This document shows, piece by piece, positions 52,693-64,000 of a DNA stretch of 64,000 bases. The position numbers were made by a program, and so were the translations under genes. The stretch's first letter is position 1; every line of letters begins with the position of its first letter. Source of the DNA: Antedon mediterranea (taxonomy: Eukaryota > Animalia > Echinodermata); the NCBI RefSeq assembly GCF_964355755.1, contig NC_092676.1, positions 11,571,888 through 11,635,887 of the forward strand, in the 5' to 3' direction. A model generated the notes under the pieces. It made no database searches. It saw only the letters and a program-made list of their open reading frames with translations, and had not been told where the DNA came from.

Positions 52693-55600
52693 TGGGGGGA
52701 ATTTTTTGTTAATAGCAGGCAACCATGTTGAATGTATCCTTTGTGGGGTGACAAAAACGATAGGGGTGGATGCCATCTTCAGTTTTAGGTTTTAAGGTCA
52801 GTTTATGTGGTCAAGAGGTCAAACAAGATCAAAATATAGGATTTTTTTTTATTCACGGAAAATCATCTACATCATCAGATCTATCCAAAAAGGTATATTT
52901 GAAGATCAACTGATGCTTCATATTATAGTAATTATGAGATAAACATTTAATTTTACACATAAAAACATAGGAAATTAAATATAAAAGTGTCATTTTCTCA
53001 AAATGTTGTTTTCACATATTTCTGTAAAGTACACACAGTTTTTAATAGGCTTTTCCCAGTCTGTTGTAAATTTGTCTTTTTCATGTTGTCCACCAGTCAT
53101 CGTTTTGATTTTTGTCAGAAAAAATAGGTCAAGTGTTATATGTATGAAACGCCATATGTGCCAAAAGATTGGTCTTTTACTATAATATTAATATTACCTA
53201 TAATAATGTAATACAGTAATATTTAGAAATTCGTTTTTAGAAAAATTATTAATATTATCTATAATAATGGAATAATATTTAGAAATTTGTTTTTAGAAAA
53301 ATTTCGAAAACAGAGACCCACTATATGACCTAATGTCGAGATGTTTTTGTTTGGGTCAGAGACTCCCTATAATGTAATTATTTAAACATTTTTTTCATTA
53401 TTTCAATGATACAAGTTTTTATTGAAGTTTGTTGTTTCAAGAAATCTCGAAAGAGAAGCCTGGGTATTGAGTCTTGTTTTCAAAAACTCTAACTATTGGA
53501 CTTTATCAAGGTTGGAAGGAGTGGTAATTGGGGACTTCTTCTTGAGGCCTTCGCATCTATGCTATCATGGCTGACGGTGATAACAAATATAAAACTCCTT
53601 AAGTAATTAAGAAGTCCTTTATACACATGGATAAAGACGATTTTAACGTTTTTACTGTGTCCAGGTATGAAATCCATTTCTCCCAAAAAGTAAACGCACT
53701 TGAAGAGGACAACGTCATGCGACAAATCAAATTCCAGCTATCCATTCTTATTCATATGAAGATCGTTTAAAGTTTCTTGGCCTAACAACCCTGTATGACA
53801 GACGAATTCATGGTGACTTGATTGAAAATTTTCAAAAGATTTCGAGGGTGTAGCCAAGGAAGACTTCCTTCAAATAAGATGCAATCTAAGCAGAAATACA
53901 CGAGGACATCAGCTTAGACTTATTAAACCTAAATTTCACAAAGGACTGATAGGAGATCCACTTTTTCACAATTAGTAATTATATATTTTAATAGTTTGCC
54001 AACCAAAGTCGTCATTTCTGAAACCACCAACACATTTAAAAACCGATTGGATTCGTTGTAGAAATGAGGTTAAAAGGGTAAACAAATTTACCTATCTAAA
54101 CTATCAGAACCCATATTCTAAACACTGAGTGGATGATTGATCAATTCAAAATAGAATCATTGGTATAACAAGAAACGCTGTAATTCATTGATAGGTTCTG
54201 CATGACATGGTCAGACTGATCACGAATCACACATAATACACAATATTCTTTCGAACTGACAGATGATAAGGAAGATATTTAAAGTAACAACTTATTGAAA
54301 GAAAAAAAACAGTACAGTAGAACTTAGAACTTCATGAGCCACTGAGAAAGCATCGCTCTAAACCTTTGCGGATTTCTATAAGGCAACTGTTTCGATAAAG
54401 TATATAAAAACTGACAGAAAATCTGCTGATCAACCATTGGAGTATGATCATAGCCCAATTTTAATATCTTTAACCAAATATGATTTCACATATCTTGATG
54501 GATGGCGTTGAAATACCCACAGATGTTCCAGAAGAAAACTTACAGTAAAAACATGATGGCCATGCACTATAGGATGCAGTAAACATGGCTGTAAACATTT
54601 TGTGACTATGCAAGTATTTATGCAAGTTACCTAGATATTTCGTCATTTTGTTGTATTTGATCATTACATTGGAAAGGCGTGGATAAAAGCAGTGACACGA
54701 TTGAAAGGATAGTCCCAATGTACTAATCTGTACTTCCGTATGTGTTTTGGGCCACACTCATCGGTTTCGAGGAGAACAAATATCACACAGTTTTTAGACA
54801 TTCTTTATGTCAATAACAAAGAGCTTGAAATTATACATGAAAGTTGATGTTAATAATGATATGCACTTTGTAACAGTAGCCTTCAAAAGTATGGACGATG
54901 TCTGGTATAGTGAAAAATAAAGTGGTTAAAAACCTATTAAGAATAATCTAACCAGCTTCCATGCCATTACAGGTTGCAGCACGTCATTATTCGCTGGTTA
55001 TGGGAAGAGGTCATACTGGAAATCATTTGTAACGCATCCACTCCTTGTAAATAGAATTGATTAAGATTAAGACTTTCCACGTACAGTGTACACTAAAGTT
55101 TAATATTGCCAAATATATGGTACTCTTGAGCAGATAACTGTATAATAACAGACTACTCTTTGATGCTACCTAACCTCCATCTATACTCAGTGACCATATA
55201 CCATTAACACTAGTGATATATATTTCCCTTAAATATTAAGTATTTCTCTTCACTCAATAAATATTTAAGTACCTGTATTTCTACTTCGGGAAACACTTTA
55301 AATTAAAAAAACTCACCTATGGTGAATACAGACGTCATATAACCTAAACATACGAGCCAACTATCAGGCAGAGATCAGTATGTTGCCTAAATGAATCGGG
55401 TCGTTTGGAAGCCCCTAACCCAGTTGTCAGTTTGGAACTTGTTACATACATGTATGTATGTAAACTAAAGAGCCAGATGAAGTTGTTACAGAAAGCATGC
55501 ATATGTGGTTGTGATTCAATCGTTTGCCGTTACCCAGATGACCAGTAGGCATTATATATCAGTGCTTGAAGAAATACCCACCTCAGAGCGTTACCTCCTT

Positions 55601-56208
55601 CCATCCCAGAAAAATTTCGAATATTGGCATGTGCCCATGCCGCCCATTACTCCCCATCCACAAATCCTCTGTGACCGTTTTTAAATGAAATTTAAGACAT
55701 TCCAGTAGTCCTCCAATTTCGGTTATTTTGATACTCTAGGACTCATCCTCTCCATTCCTTGAACACCTTCTAGGAGTGACTCACAAAGTTTAAAATCTTC
55801 CCAGTACAATTCTGGTCTTTTTGACACCACACTATAACCATCAGCCCAAGGCTATCGATATCGAAATTATATTTATTTCAATTATTAATACCGATAATTA
55901 ACAGGTCTGTGCTCTATTTGACCTTATGACCTTGAAAATGACCTTTAAACTTGTAAGTTGAACAATTTATGAACTTCACCATCTGCAGCAATATGTCAAT
56001 AATGATCCAATAATGGTTACATTTCTTTTAATTAGCTTATATTTTGTTGAAAACAGCTTAAACCTCTATTTTACCATATTTGACCTTATAACCTTGAAAA
56101 TGACCTTTGACCTGAAATTTGAGAGCGGCATCCACCCCTATCTTTTTTGTCATCCCATAAGGGATATATTCCACATGGTTGCCTGCTATTAACAGAAAAT
56201 TCCCCCCA
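52693..56208. mobile_element. Degenerate Academ (XPG/PIN-type) TIR element
   Basis: TIRs over 100 bp: TGGGGGGAATTTT.TGTTAATAGCAGGCAACCATGT / ACATGGTTGCCTGCTATTAACAGAAAATTCCCCCCA. + strand relics read DIFVILLY (~54636), PAFHAITGC..GYGKRSYWK (~54953), RANYQA (~55353) and CICGC (~55498). No TSD seen. Confidence 0.7.
53725..54065 (+). mobile_element. CR1 LINE 3' fragment
   Basis: Reads SYEDRLKFLGLTTLYDRRIHGDLIE..TRGHQLRL..FNSLP..NTFKNRLD, the typical CR1 ORF2 C-terminus. Confidence 0.8.
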
Positions 56209-59119
56209 TGATGAAAAAGCTCACATTAGCCGCCCTACTATAAAGGCAACCAAACAAAATTGCGACCATCTGACTGCTCACCAAAATTCTCAAATGAAGT
56301 TGAATCTCAATCTCCCACCTGCTCCACCAGTATTTCGCCTTCTCAGACAGATACCACCATGTCATTTGATTTTTAAAAGCTAAAACATCAAAAGAGAATG
56401 TCACAATGCCAAGGAAAAAGTCAAGAAAATTAGATGAAGAAGTAACAATTAACATTGGGTTTAAGCTGTTAAAAAACGGAATGCTCAAAGCTTCTAGAGG
56501 GAAACGACTACCGATTAGGTTGCCCAAGGCTGCCACATATCCGATTGTTCTTGAAAGGGCTATTGAAAAATTGGCTGCTTTCGATAGAGAGTTTGACAGC
56601 AAAAGCAGCTATGTTTTACTTTACGAAGATAACAGCTACGCTCGATTTATACCAGGAAATTACAAAGAATTCTTTCAACTAGAAAAATACAAAAACGAAC
56701 TTGGAAGGGATTTCAAGAGAATAATTCTTTATGTATGTCATGAGGATGACTTTAAATCATTTGAAGGAAGAAGTGATGACAGTGAGGAAAATGATAATGA
56801 TGATGTAAATAATGAAAATCTATTTTACCTGAACCAACATGAAGAAGGGTACGTTAGAGAATCATTTGATATAAAGGAAAATGATGAAGGAGATGAAGAC
56901 ATACAGTCAGAAGTGAAGAAAGATAGTTTTGTCAATTTGACACAACAGCCTTAACTGCCGTGCAAAATCTTCAAGTTGTGACATCAGCGAAAGATGTATG
57001 CGCGCAGTTAAATACAAGAATTGATTCAAGTAAACAATTTTTTTTGATATGCAGAAGAAATGCTCCACTTAACAGACAACTTTTTCTGTGGCAACGGGAA
57101 TCAAAAAAGTCAGATATCATGTCGCAATTTAGGGTAAAATTTAGCGGCGAAGAAGGAATCGACTCTGGGGCATTGTCGATGGAATTTTTGGAAAATAATT
57201 TAGACGCCATCGCTGCACAGATGTTTCCATATGGAAGCCCTTTGTATTCAACCAACCAAATCCAAAATGGTAATTTCCGCACTTGCGGAGAAATAGTCTC
57301 CGTTTCAATAGCGCAGGGTGGTCCTATCCCATGTTTTCTCAATCGATGTGCATACAGGTGTTTATATGCAGATGTTGATTTGCAGGATATAAAAGATGAA
57401 GACTTAACTGCCTATGAACTAGATACTCTAAGTAAAATCAGAAATGACTGTCATGCCCATGTCGACACAATTTTGGAGCATGGTTATACAGGGATAATTG
57501 GTGAAAAAAATGTAGAGGATATCTTAAAGTCAGTTAAAGTCGCGTTTGTGGGTAAACGTGCTTTGTGCATGAATGAATTCAAGCGCGGTTTTGATAGGTA
57601 TGATTTGCAGCAAATTATATCAGCTTATCCAGATGCTTGTGCAAGCTTAAGAGTTCAAAAAGAACCTTGAGCCAGATGCAAACTATCTTTTTTCTTTAAT
57701 AGAACCCATTCACTCGGAGCAAGGATCGTCGAAGCGCACTCGTGAAGAATCTATTATGGATTACTTTCAAGATTTGTTGATGTCTTTAGAAGACACTGAT
57801 ATGACCGGCTATCATGCTTCTGTGACATGGAATGTGGACAATGAAGAAGGCCGTTGTTCTGAAGACGCAGAATTTGAAAACCCTACCTCAGTGTAGCAGG
57901 TGTTATGGGATGGCTGACTGGTCAGAGACAGAAGAATGTCATGGGAAGAGAAAGACCATCTATAACTGCAAGATTCGACCATGAATGTCTATTGCGAAAC
58001 CCAAAGCATACAGTATGCTTCCCATTGGTTGGTGCTTGTAGCAGAGACTTAACATTACCAGTTGCACACATGCACAGAGAAGAGGAATTTCGTAAGCTTT
58101 TTATACTCGGTTATTGCAAGGGTCAATCTTTTGCAAAGTCTTAATTAAACAACAAGCAGCCAATTATACATTCTTTATAGATTGCCACTGACCAACATAT
58201 GTTCATGTTTTTCAAGCATTAGCACTGTATTACAGAGTTATTATTGTGTTCTAGTTCTGTTTATAATAAACAGTGTTTATTCTATTATGACTTAAAAGTT
58301 TTTTTTTGAAATGGTTTTACGTTTGATGACTTGCTAATGTTTTATTTAATTTTCCAATCATTTTATTATAATTAGGCAATGGAAATCCTGTTTAGTATAA
58401 TAATTAGTACCAGCACGCATAATTAACAAAAAAGAGGTAAATTTCAAAATTAAAATCAGTGCTTCTTTTAAATAATAAAAGATGAATAGTGTTTTAATAT
58501 GTTAAAGTTTCTGCGTAAAAAAAAAATATGCATATATTTACAGTGTTTTTTCCACTGTATTTCTAAGTTATTAGAAAATGTTTCCTCTTGGCCTGTAACG
58601 AATACAGTAGTACACATTTGAATAAACCACATGTTGCAATGCATTATAGTCATATTACTTACTTGATAAATAGACCACATTTTTACATTGTTTTACATAT
58701 AATTAAAATGAACACCATATATATTTTCTCATAGTCTTGAATCAACTGTCTACAGACGATACTTTAAAACAGTAATGATTGACGTCACAATTATAACATT
58801 ATTCAAATGCATTACTGAAATAATAAATGAATAGGCAGAGTTTACTCAACAACTAATGTATAGTTATTCATGTTTATTTCATGAATATGTTTACAAAAAT
58901 TAAACTTTAAATAGGCCATTTTTATCCAAATCCATTCTATAAGTGAAACATATAATATGAGTACATTATAAAACACTCCATTCAAGCTGATAAGCTGTTA
59001 TAAGCAAAACATAACAATACAATAATTTGCTAACTCAATACTTGAATTATTTTCGGTTTTATTCAACATTTTCAGTTTTATTGTAAATTAAAACTACTAG
59101 AACTAGTGCAGGTATATTC

Positions 59120-59333
59120 TCAATTGACACCATTAACAGCATACCATACAATTAAATTATAAAGCCTAAGTGCTTCTTGCCAATTACTAGGTTGTTGGAA
59201 CTGACATGTTTCCATGATGTAGATAAAATAGTCATTGTGAATATTATTTTCTTCTGTTTCAATCAAATGTTCCTTCGCAAATATCTTGTTGTGTTCTGTA
59301 ATAGAAAGTAGCAAGTTTGAAGTACCCCCATGA
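59120..59333 (-). pseudogene. IS3EU transposase C-terminal part
   Basis: (YFLPEL)HGGTSNLLLSI...QQPSNWQEALRLY...*. Joins the part at 62565 across the LINE TSD. Confidence 0.7.
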
Positions 59334-59351
59334 AGTTCCGGTAAAAAATAC

Positions 59352-62300
59352 TAAAGAACAATCTTTCATTTCCAAACTTATTTATATAATATGTTGGTAA
59401 TAGCTTCCATCTCACATGCTTTCTACATATTAATTTTCTCGCCCACGCAACCTTGAGCGCTTTGACCTGTAATGCAAAATCCGGCATATTAATACCTCCA
59501 TCTTTTAGCTTGCCAATTAATGTCTTTCTTTTAATTTTTTCCCCTTTTCCATTCCATAGGAAATCGTATGTCAGTTTATTCACCTGTAAAACAACATAAT
59601 TTGGTACATCAATTATAGAGGCGTTATGAATTAGTTTAGATAAACCGAGACTCTTTAAAATTGTAACTTTTCCAAAATATGTAAGGTTTCTACCTTTCCA
59701 CGTGTTGAGTAGTCTTTCTAAACTTAACAATTTATTAGCCCAGTTTAGTTCTTGACATTCATCCTTTTTATAACCTACATTATTCCTAAAATTTTAATTG
59801 GTTTTTTAACCCAATTTAAGTTACATGGTTTTTCAATTTTATTTATATTTCTACCAATCCACATGGCATTTGTTTTTCTTTTGTTAAGGCTCATACCTGA
59901 TACTTTACAAAAGTTGGTAACAATATTTAAACCTATCTCAATACTATCCTCATTCCCAGTAAAGATAACTGTGTCGTCCGCTAATTGGGCGATGCGTATT
60001 TCTTCATTTTGCACCGGGTCGGGGACAGCTATGCCTACAAAATTCACATCATTTCTTATATTACAGGCCATGATTTCTACAGTTAAAATAAACAATAACG
60101 CTGACAAAGGACAACCCTGTCTTATACCACTATTCATTTGAAAACTTTCAGAAATCCATCCATTATTTACAATTACACATTCGGTATTATTATAAATTGT
60201 TGATACCCATTTACGAAAAGAATCTCCAAAATTAAACTTCTTTAATACTTTGAACATGAATTCCCTATTCACAGAATCAAAAGCTTTACTAAAGTCAAGT
60301 GATAACATTGCACCATCAATATCTTCATCTTTGGTATAGAATAGAATGTCATTAATTAATCTTATATTTTCACCCGCAAAACGCCCTTTAATATATCCTT
60401 TTTGATCATTGTCAATTATATTTGCAATAATCTTTTTTAATCTTGTACATAATATATGAGTTAACATCTTATAATCAGTGTTTAATAGAGTTATAGGCCG
60501 CCAGTTTTCTAAAATTTGTTTGTCACCTTTTTTATAAAGTAAATTGATCACTCCGCGTTTCTGCGTGTGACTCATTTCATTTTTGTTATAACATTCGTTT
60601 ATGGCATTACAAGCAATATGTTTGATATCATTCCAAAATAATTTATAGAATTCCACTGGCAATCCATCACATCCCGGAGCCTTGTTTAGCTTCATTTTTT
60701 TAATAGCTTGTTCGCATTCAGCTATTGTTATTGGGCCTTCACATACCTTGTACTCATCTTCTGATAAAATATATACATTTGAATTATTTAAGTATTTGTT
60801 TATGTCCGCTGAGGGAATATCCTTATTACTATATAATTGTTTAAAGAAATTTACTTCTTCACTAAGGATTTTCTGAGGTTTTGTTAATATTGTCCCATTT
60901 TCTTTTTTTATACTTTTTATATGTTTTTTTGTACCGTTATTTTTCTCTAGCCCAAGAAAATACTTAGTACTCCGTTCACCTTCTTCCATCCATTGTAGTC
61001 GTGAACGTATATAATATGCACCCTTCGCCTCCTTTTCATAAATTTTTTCTAGAACTTTTGTTTTTTCTTCAATTTCAGTCAGAATACATTCATTTTCACG
61101 TGTGCAAGTCTGGTCAATTGCTTCATTTAGAATTGTTAATTGCTTCTGAAGCTTTTCCTTTTTTTTAATTTTTTCTTTATTTATTTTTTTACTGTAAAAA
61201 ATCGAAAAGTCTTTAACCTTCACTTTTATAATTTCCCAAATTAAATCAGGGCTAAGGATCCTTTCGTTGTATTTGGTATTATGTATAATATCCCTAATAT
61301 GGTCTTGATAATCCATATTTTTCAACAAATCATTATTAAGCTTCCAATAGCTAGGACCCCTTTTAGATTGATGTAACCCAATTTTAATTGATATTGCTTG
61401 ATGATCTGTTAGTATTGCTGGCCTAATATCACATGATATTATTTCATTGTATTCAACAATATTTTTAGAGGTAAACCAATAATCTAGTCTTCTATAAATT
61501 TGGTTATGTTTTTTACGCCAAGTAAATTGTATTTTGTTTGGATTTGTAATTCTCCATGCATCTTTTAACATCAATTTGTTCATAAAATGCTTAACCGTAA
61601 ACACAGATGTGTCTTTTCTATCAGCACTATTTTTTGGTCACAACGTCTATCAAGTACGCAATTAATATCACCCCCCAAAATAATTCTATCACTGTCAAGA
61701 TCAATAAAATTTGAAATGATATTATTTAAATCTCTAAAGAATGTGCTTCTCATTTTGCTATTATTTGGGGCATATACATTAATGAACACAAACATCTTAT
61801 TATTAATTTCTGTTTTAATAATTATATATCTCCCATTTTTACCTACACTTTGCTTTATCACTTTATAATTGAAACCTTTTCTGAATAAAATCGACACGCC
61901 TGCACTAGTCGAGTTATTAATACTATGTACACAATCACCTTTCCAAATCGATTTGAATTTTTTAAATAAATCTTGTGTAAGATGTGTTTCCTGTAACAGT
62001 ACCACATCCGTTTTTTGATCTTTACACCATTTTTCAATTTGTAATTGCTTGGTATTATCACGCAAACCTCGTATATTTAACGAGATACAATGAAAATTTG
62101 AATTAAACATTGATCGGTTTATTTAAAGAACCATTGGTAATTATACATACACACATTAATACCAGTATTAAAGGAAAATAGCGAAAGTAGCATGCACAAC
62201 TATTATAGTATAACACTCTCACTTTTCTATAGTTACTTGTTTTTTACTTTTACTGGATTTTCTTCTTCTCTTTGAGCCTGGCAAGGTAGGAGAGATGTTT

Positions 62301-62564
62301 TCCTCGTCATCCTTTTGTTCGTTGGTGTTAATCACTTTTCCCTTTACCTTCTTCTCGCTGGTTGAGGCTTGTTTAAGGAAGTCCGTGATCTTGCCTTGCT
62401 TCTCTTGAAGTTCATGCCTTTCACTTTCTTCCTTGTCTTCCTCTTCACTGCCTGTACTTTCCTCCGAGCTTGAAACTTCTTCATTAATAATTTCTTTGTT
62501 TTCATGTGTGTTAGCATCTTTCGTATTGTTCTTAACGATGACACGTTCCCACATATCTTGAATT
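59352..62564 (-). mobile_element. Tx1/L1-clade LINE truncated at both ends (ORF1 tail 62564-62219; ORF2 62110-59352 with frameshifts)
   Basis: SLNIRGL, LQETH and NVYAPN (APE); NWRPITLLNTDYK, DFSKAFDSV, QGCPLS and QLADDT (RT). 18-bp TSD AGTTCCGGTAAAAAATAC at 59334-59351 and 62565-62582. Confidence 0.9.
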
Positions 62565-63534
62565 AGTTCCGGTAAAAAATACAAAGAATCAGGTCGCCCC
62601 TGTACAGTGTCATGTCGTGATTTGCGAATATAGTGAGTGTTCCAATGCTCTTTAACTTCATCAATGCTCTCTTGTAGTAAATCACTAAAACAAAACCACA
62701 GGCACTCCTTATGCAGTAAATTAGTAAGGTCAACAACATTATTTTCACAAAGTTCTTTTTAATTAATCCACCAATGTGTGTGACTTCGTCTAAAAAAAGA
62801 CCACCATCCTTCTATCCTTTGATTCCTTGGCGAAGGAACATAACGGTGACTACCTTGATCATCTCTAAAAAAGGCTTGCATTGCAGCCATTAAACCATTT
62901 TCTGTTCCACGATCAGTAACCAAGTCAATTGGACATCCTGCAGCTTTCTCCACTGCTTCTAAATAACATTTTGCAATATTTGTGGGTAAATTATTTGAGC
63001 GGGTTACATATAACCAAATAATTTTCCTGCTCCAACCGTCAATACAACCATGAATAGGAAAGCCGAAAGGTTTAGTTTGTCATACCCATCACAATGCCAC
63101 GAATGATTCGGTCCGGGATTATGATAAACTCGTCTTTTTAGTCGATGGCGTGCCCTTTCTTGAACACCATCTGGGTCCAGCTCTCGTAGTACTTGTTCGA
63201 CAACCAATCTTGGTACCCGTATACCATTTAATTGCAGTGTGTGCCAAATTGAACGGTAACCTCTCTGACTATCAGGTCCATTCAGTAATGTTTGGATGGA
63301 CTCTGTTATAAAATCAATATCATAATCTGGATTTTTACGTTTAAGTCCTAGACGCTTTATCCTCTTTTTCAACGTACTTAAACTTAATTCTATGCCATGA
63401 TACTTGGACAAAAACAAAAACAAACAGATTTCATCATATATAAAACCTTTGAAAAAATAATATTTGATTAATCCGTCTTCATCAATTTCATCTTCTCCTG
63501 TCTCATCCAGATCACTGTTTACCCTGCCAGTCAT
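62565..63534 (-). pseudogene. IS3EU (IS3/integrase-like) DDE transposase, frameshifted
   Basis: HTH region LSLSTLKKRIKRLGL, GYRSIW, RRVYHNPGPNHSWHCDGYDKL, GCPIDLVTDRGTEN, SPRNQRIEGWWS, GRPD.LYFLP. Confidence 0.85.
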
Positions 63535-64000
63535 ATTGCATTACTGTGTACGGCCTATACAGCCTATAAATATGGTCACTTTTTCTTGGCACCTTCACAA
63601 CCAAGACTCTCACATATTCATAATAGTTCCTGAAAATAGAAAATATATTGTGTACTGTATGTATCAAACAATTAATTTACACTTACCTGCTGACAATGCA
63701 ACTGCCTGGACCTGGTTAGTGCTACTTTGCACCGGGTACCCTTTGCACCACATCTCACAAGCTTAACCCAATTTAAAAACAATTATCTGCTGAGCGATTG
63801 TGATGTTGAGTGACCGTCTTATGCCCAGTTAGGTGTCAAAGTATAGTAGTGCCGGCTAGGCCTCTTTATTATTAGCCAAACCATCCATGTTGTTATGCCT
63901 ACTAGGCCTAGGCCTATATATATAGTATACATTCGCTATAATTCATACCTAGACATAGGGCCGTTATTAAGCCTAAACTAGACCTAAGCCTGCTGACAAC

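Larger units (their letters stand above)
52392..58144 (+). pseudogene. Zinc-ribbon plus HECT-domain (G2E3-like) E3 ubiquitin ligase gene, disrupted
   Basis: Exon MAERDGGGREKDIDIV|GTAAGT. The next exon from 52591 encodes YCSECGAKVLVISKFCWSC. After the insertion come EVTINIG..RGKRLP, an acidic linker, VKFSGEEGIDSGALSMEF and the catalytic-Cys motif FPLVGACSRDLTLP. Several frameshifts. Confidence 0.75.
47194..64000. mobile_element. IS3EU-type DNA transposon (right end outside the window)
   Basis: Terminus TACGGTGGCC followed by a subterminal repeat array. Contains an IS3-like transposase (-) and a HECT gene (+) in convergent orientation. Linking the terminus to the genes is inference. Confidence 0.65.

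Noticed and set aside
56406-58144. Cellular G2E3 orthologue
   Set aside because: No PHD/RING cluster, multiple frameshifts and a transposon context, so no gene symbol was assigned.
18062-61868. Short ORFs antisense to or overlapping TE genes (e.g. 18062, 22761, 35673, 44721, 56189, 59752)
   Set aside because: Shadow frames of real coding sequence with no independent motifs.
62565-63534. Bacterial IS3 or contamination
   Set aside because: Motifs fit the eukaryotic IS3EU type, splice sites lie upstream and a LINE is inserted in the gene.

Overview
AT-rich eukaryotic DNA with spliceosomal introns, probably a marine invertebrate (taxon is inference). Almost the whole window is a deeply nested transposon stack. 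1) A decayed MADF(-BESS) gene lies at the left edge. 2) There are three copies of a ~3.6-kb non-autonomous Harbinger-like TIR element ('element A') carrying two convergent, apparently spliced, non-coding units. 3) A Sola2-type transposon (~5.8-30 kb) has taken up an 11-kb head-to-tail array of seven Helentron/HINE-like units, an L2 LINE with an intact ORF2, and one element A copy. 4) A Rex1/Babar LINE sits inside element A copy 3. 5) A Ty3/Gypsy element is split by a Sola3-like element and a SINE. 6) Two candidate host exons lie next to the Gypsy LTR. 7) From 47194 onward an IS3EU-type transposon carries a DDE transposase and a convergent zinc-ribbon/HECT ubiquitin-ligase gene; it is itself invaded by a MULE-like element, an Academ relic containing a CR1 fragment, and an internally primed Tx1/L1 LINE. 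No rRNA, true tRNA or CRISPR array was found. Family names come from remembered motifs and terminal/TSD signatures, not database searches.
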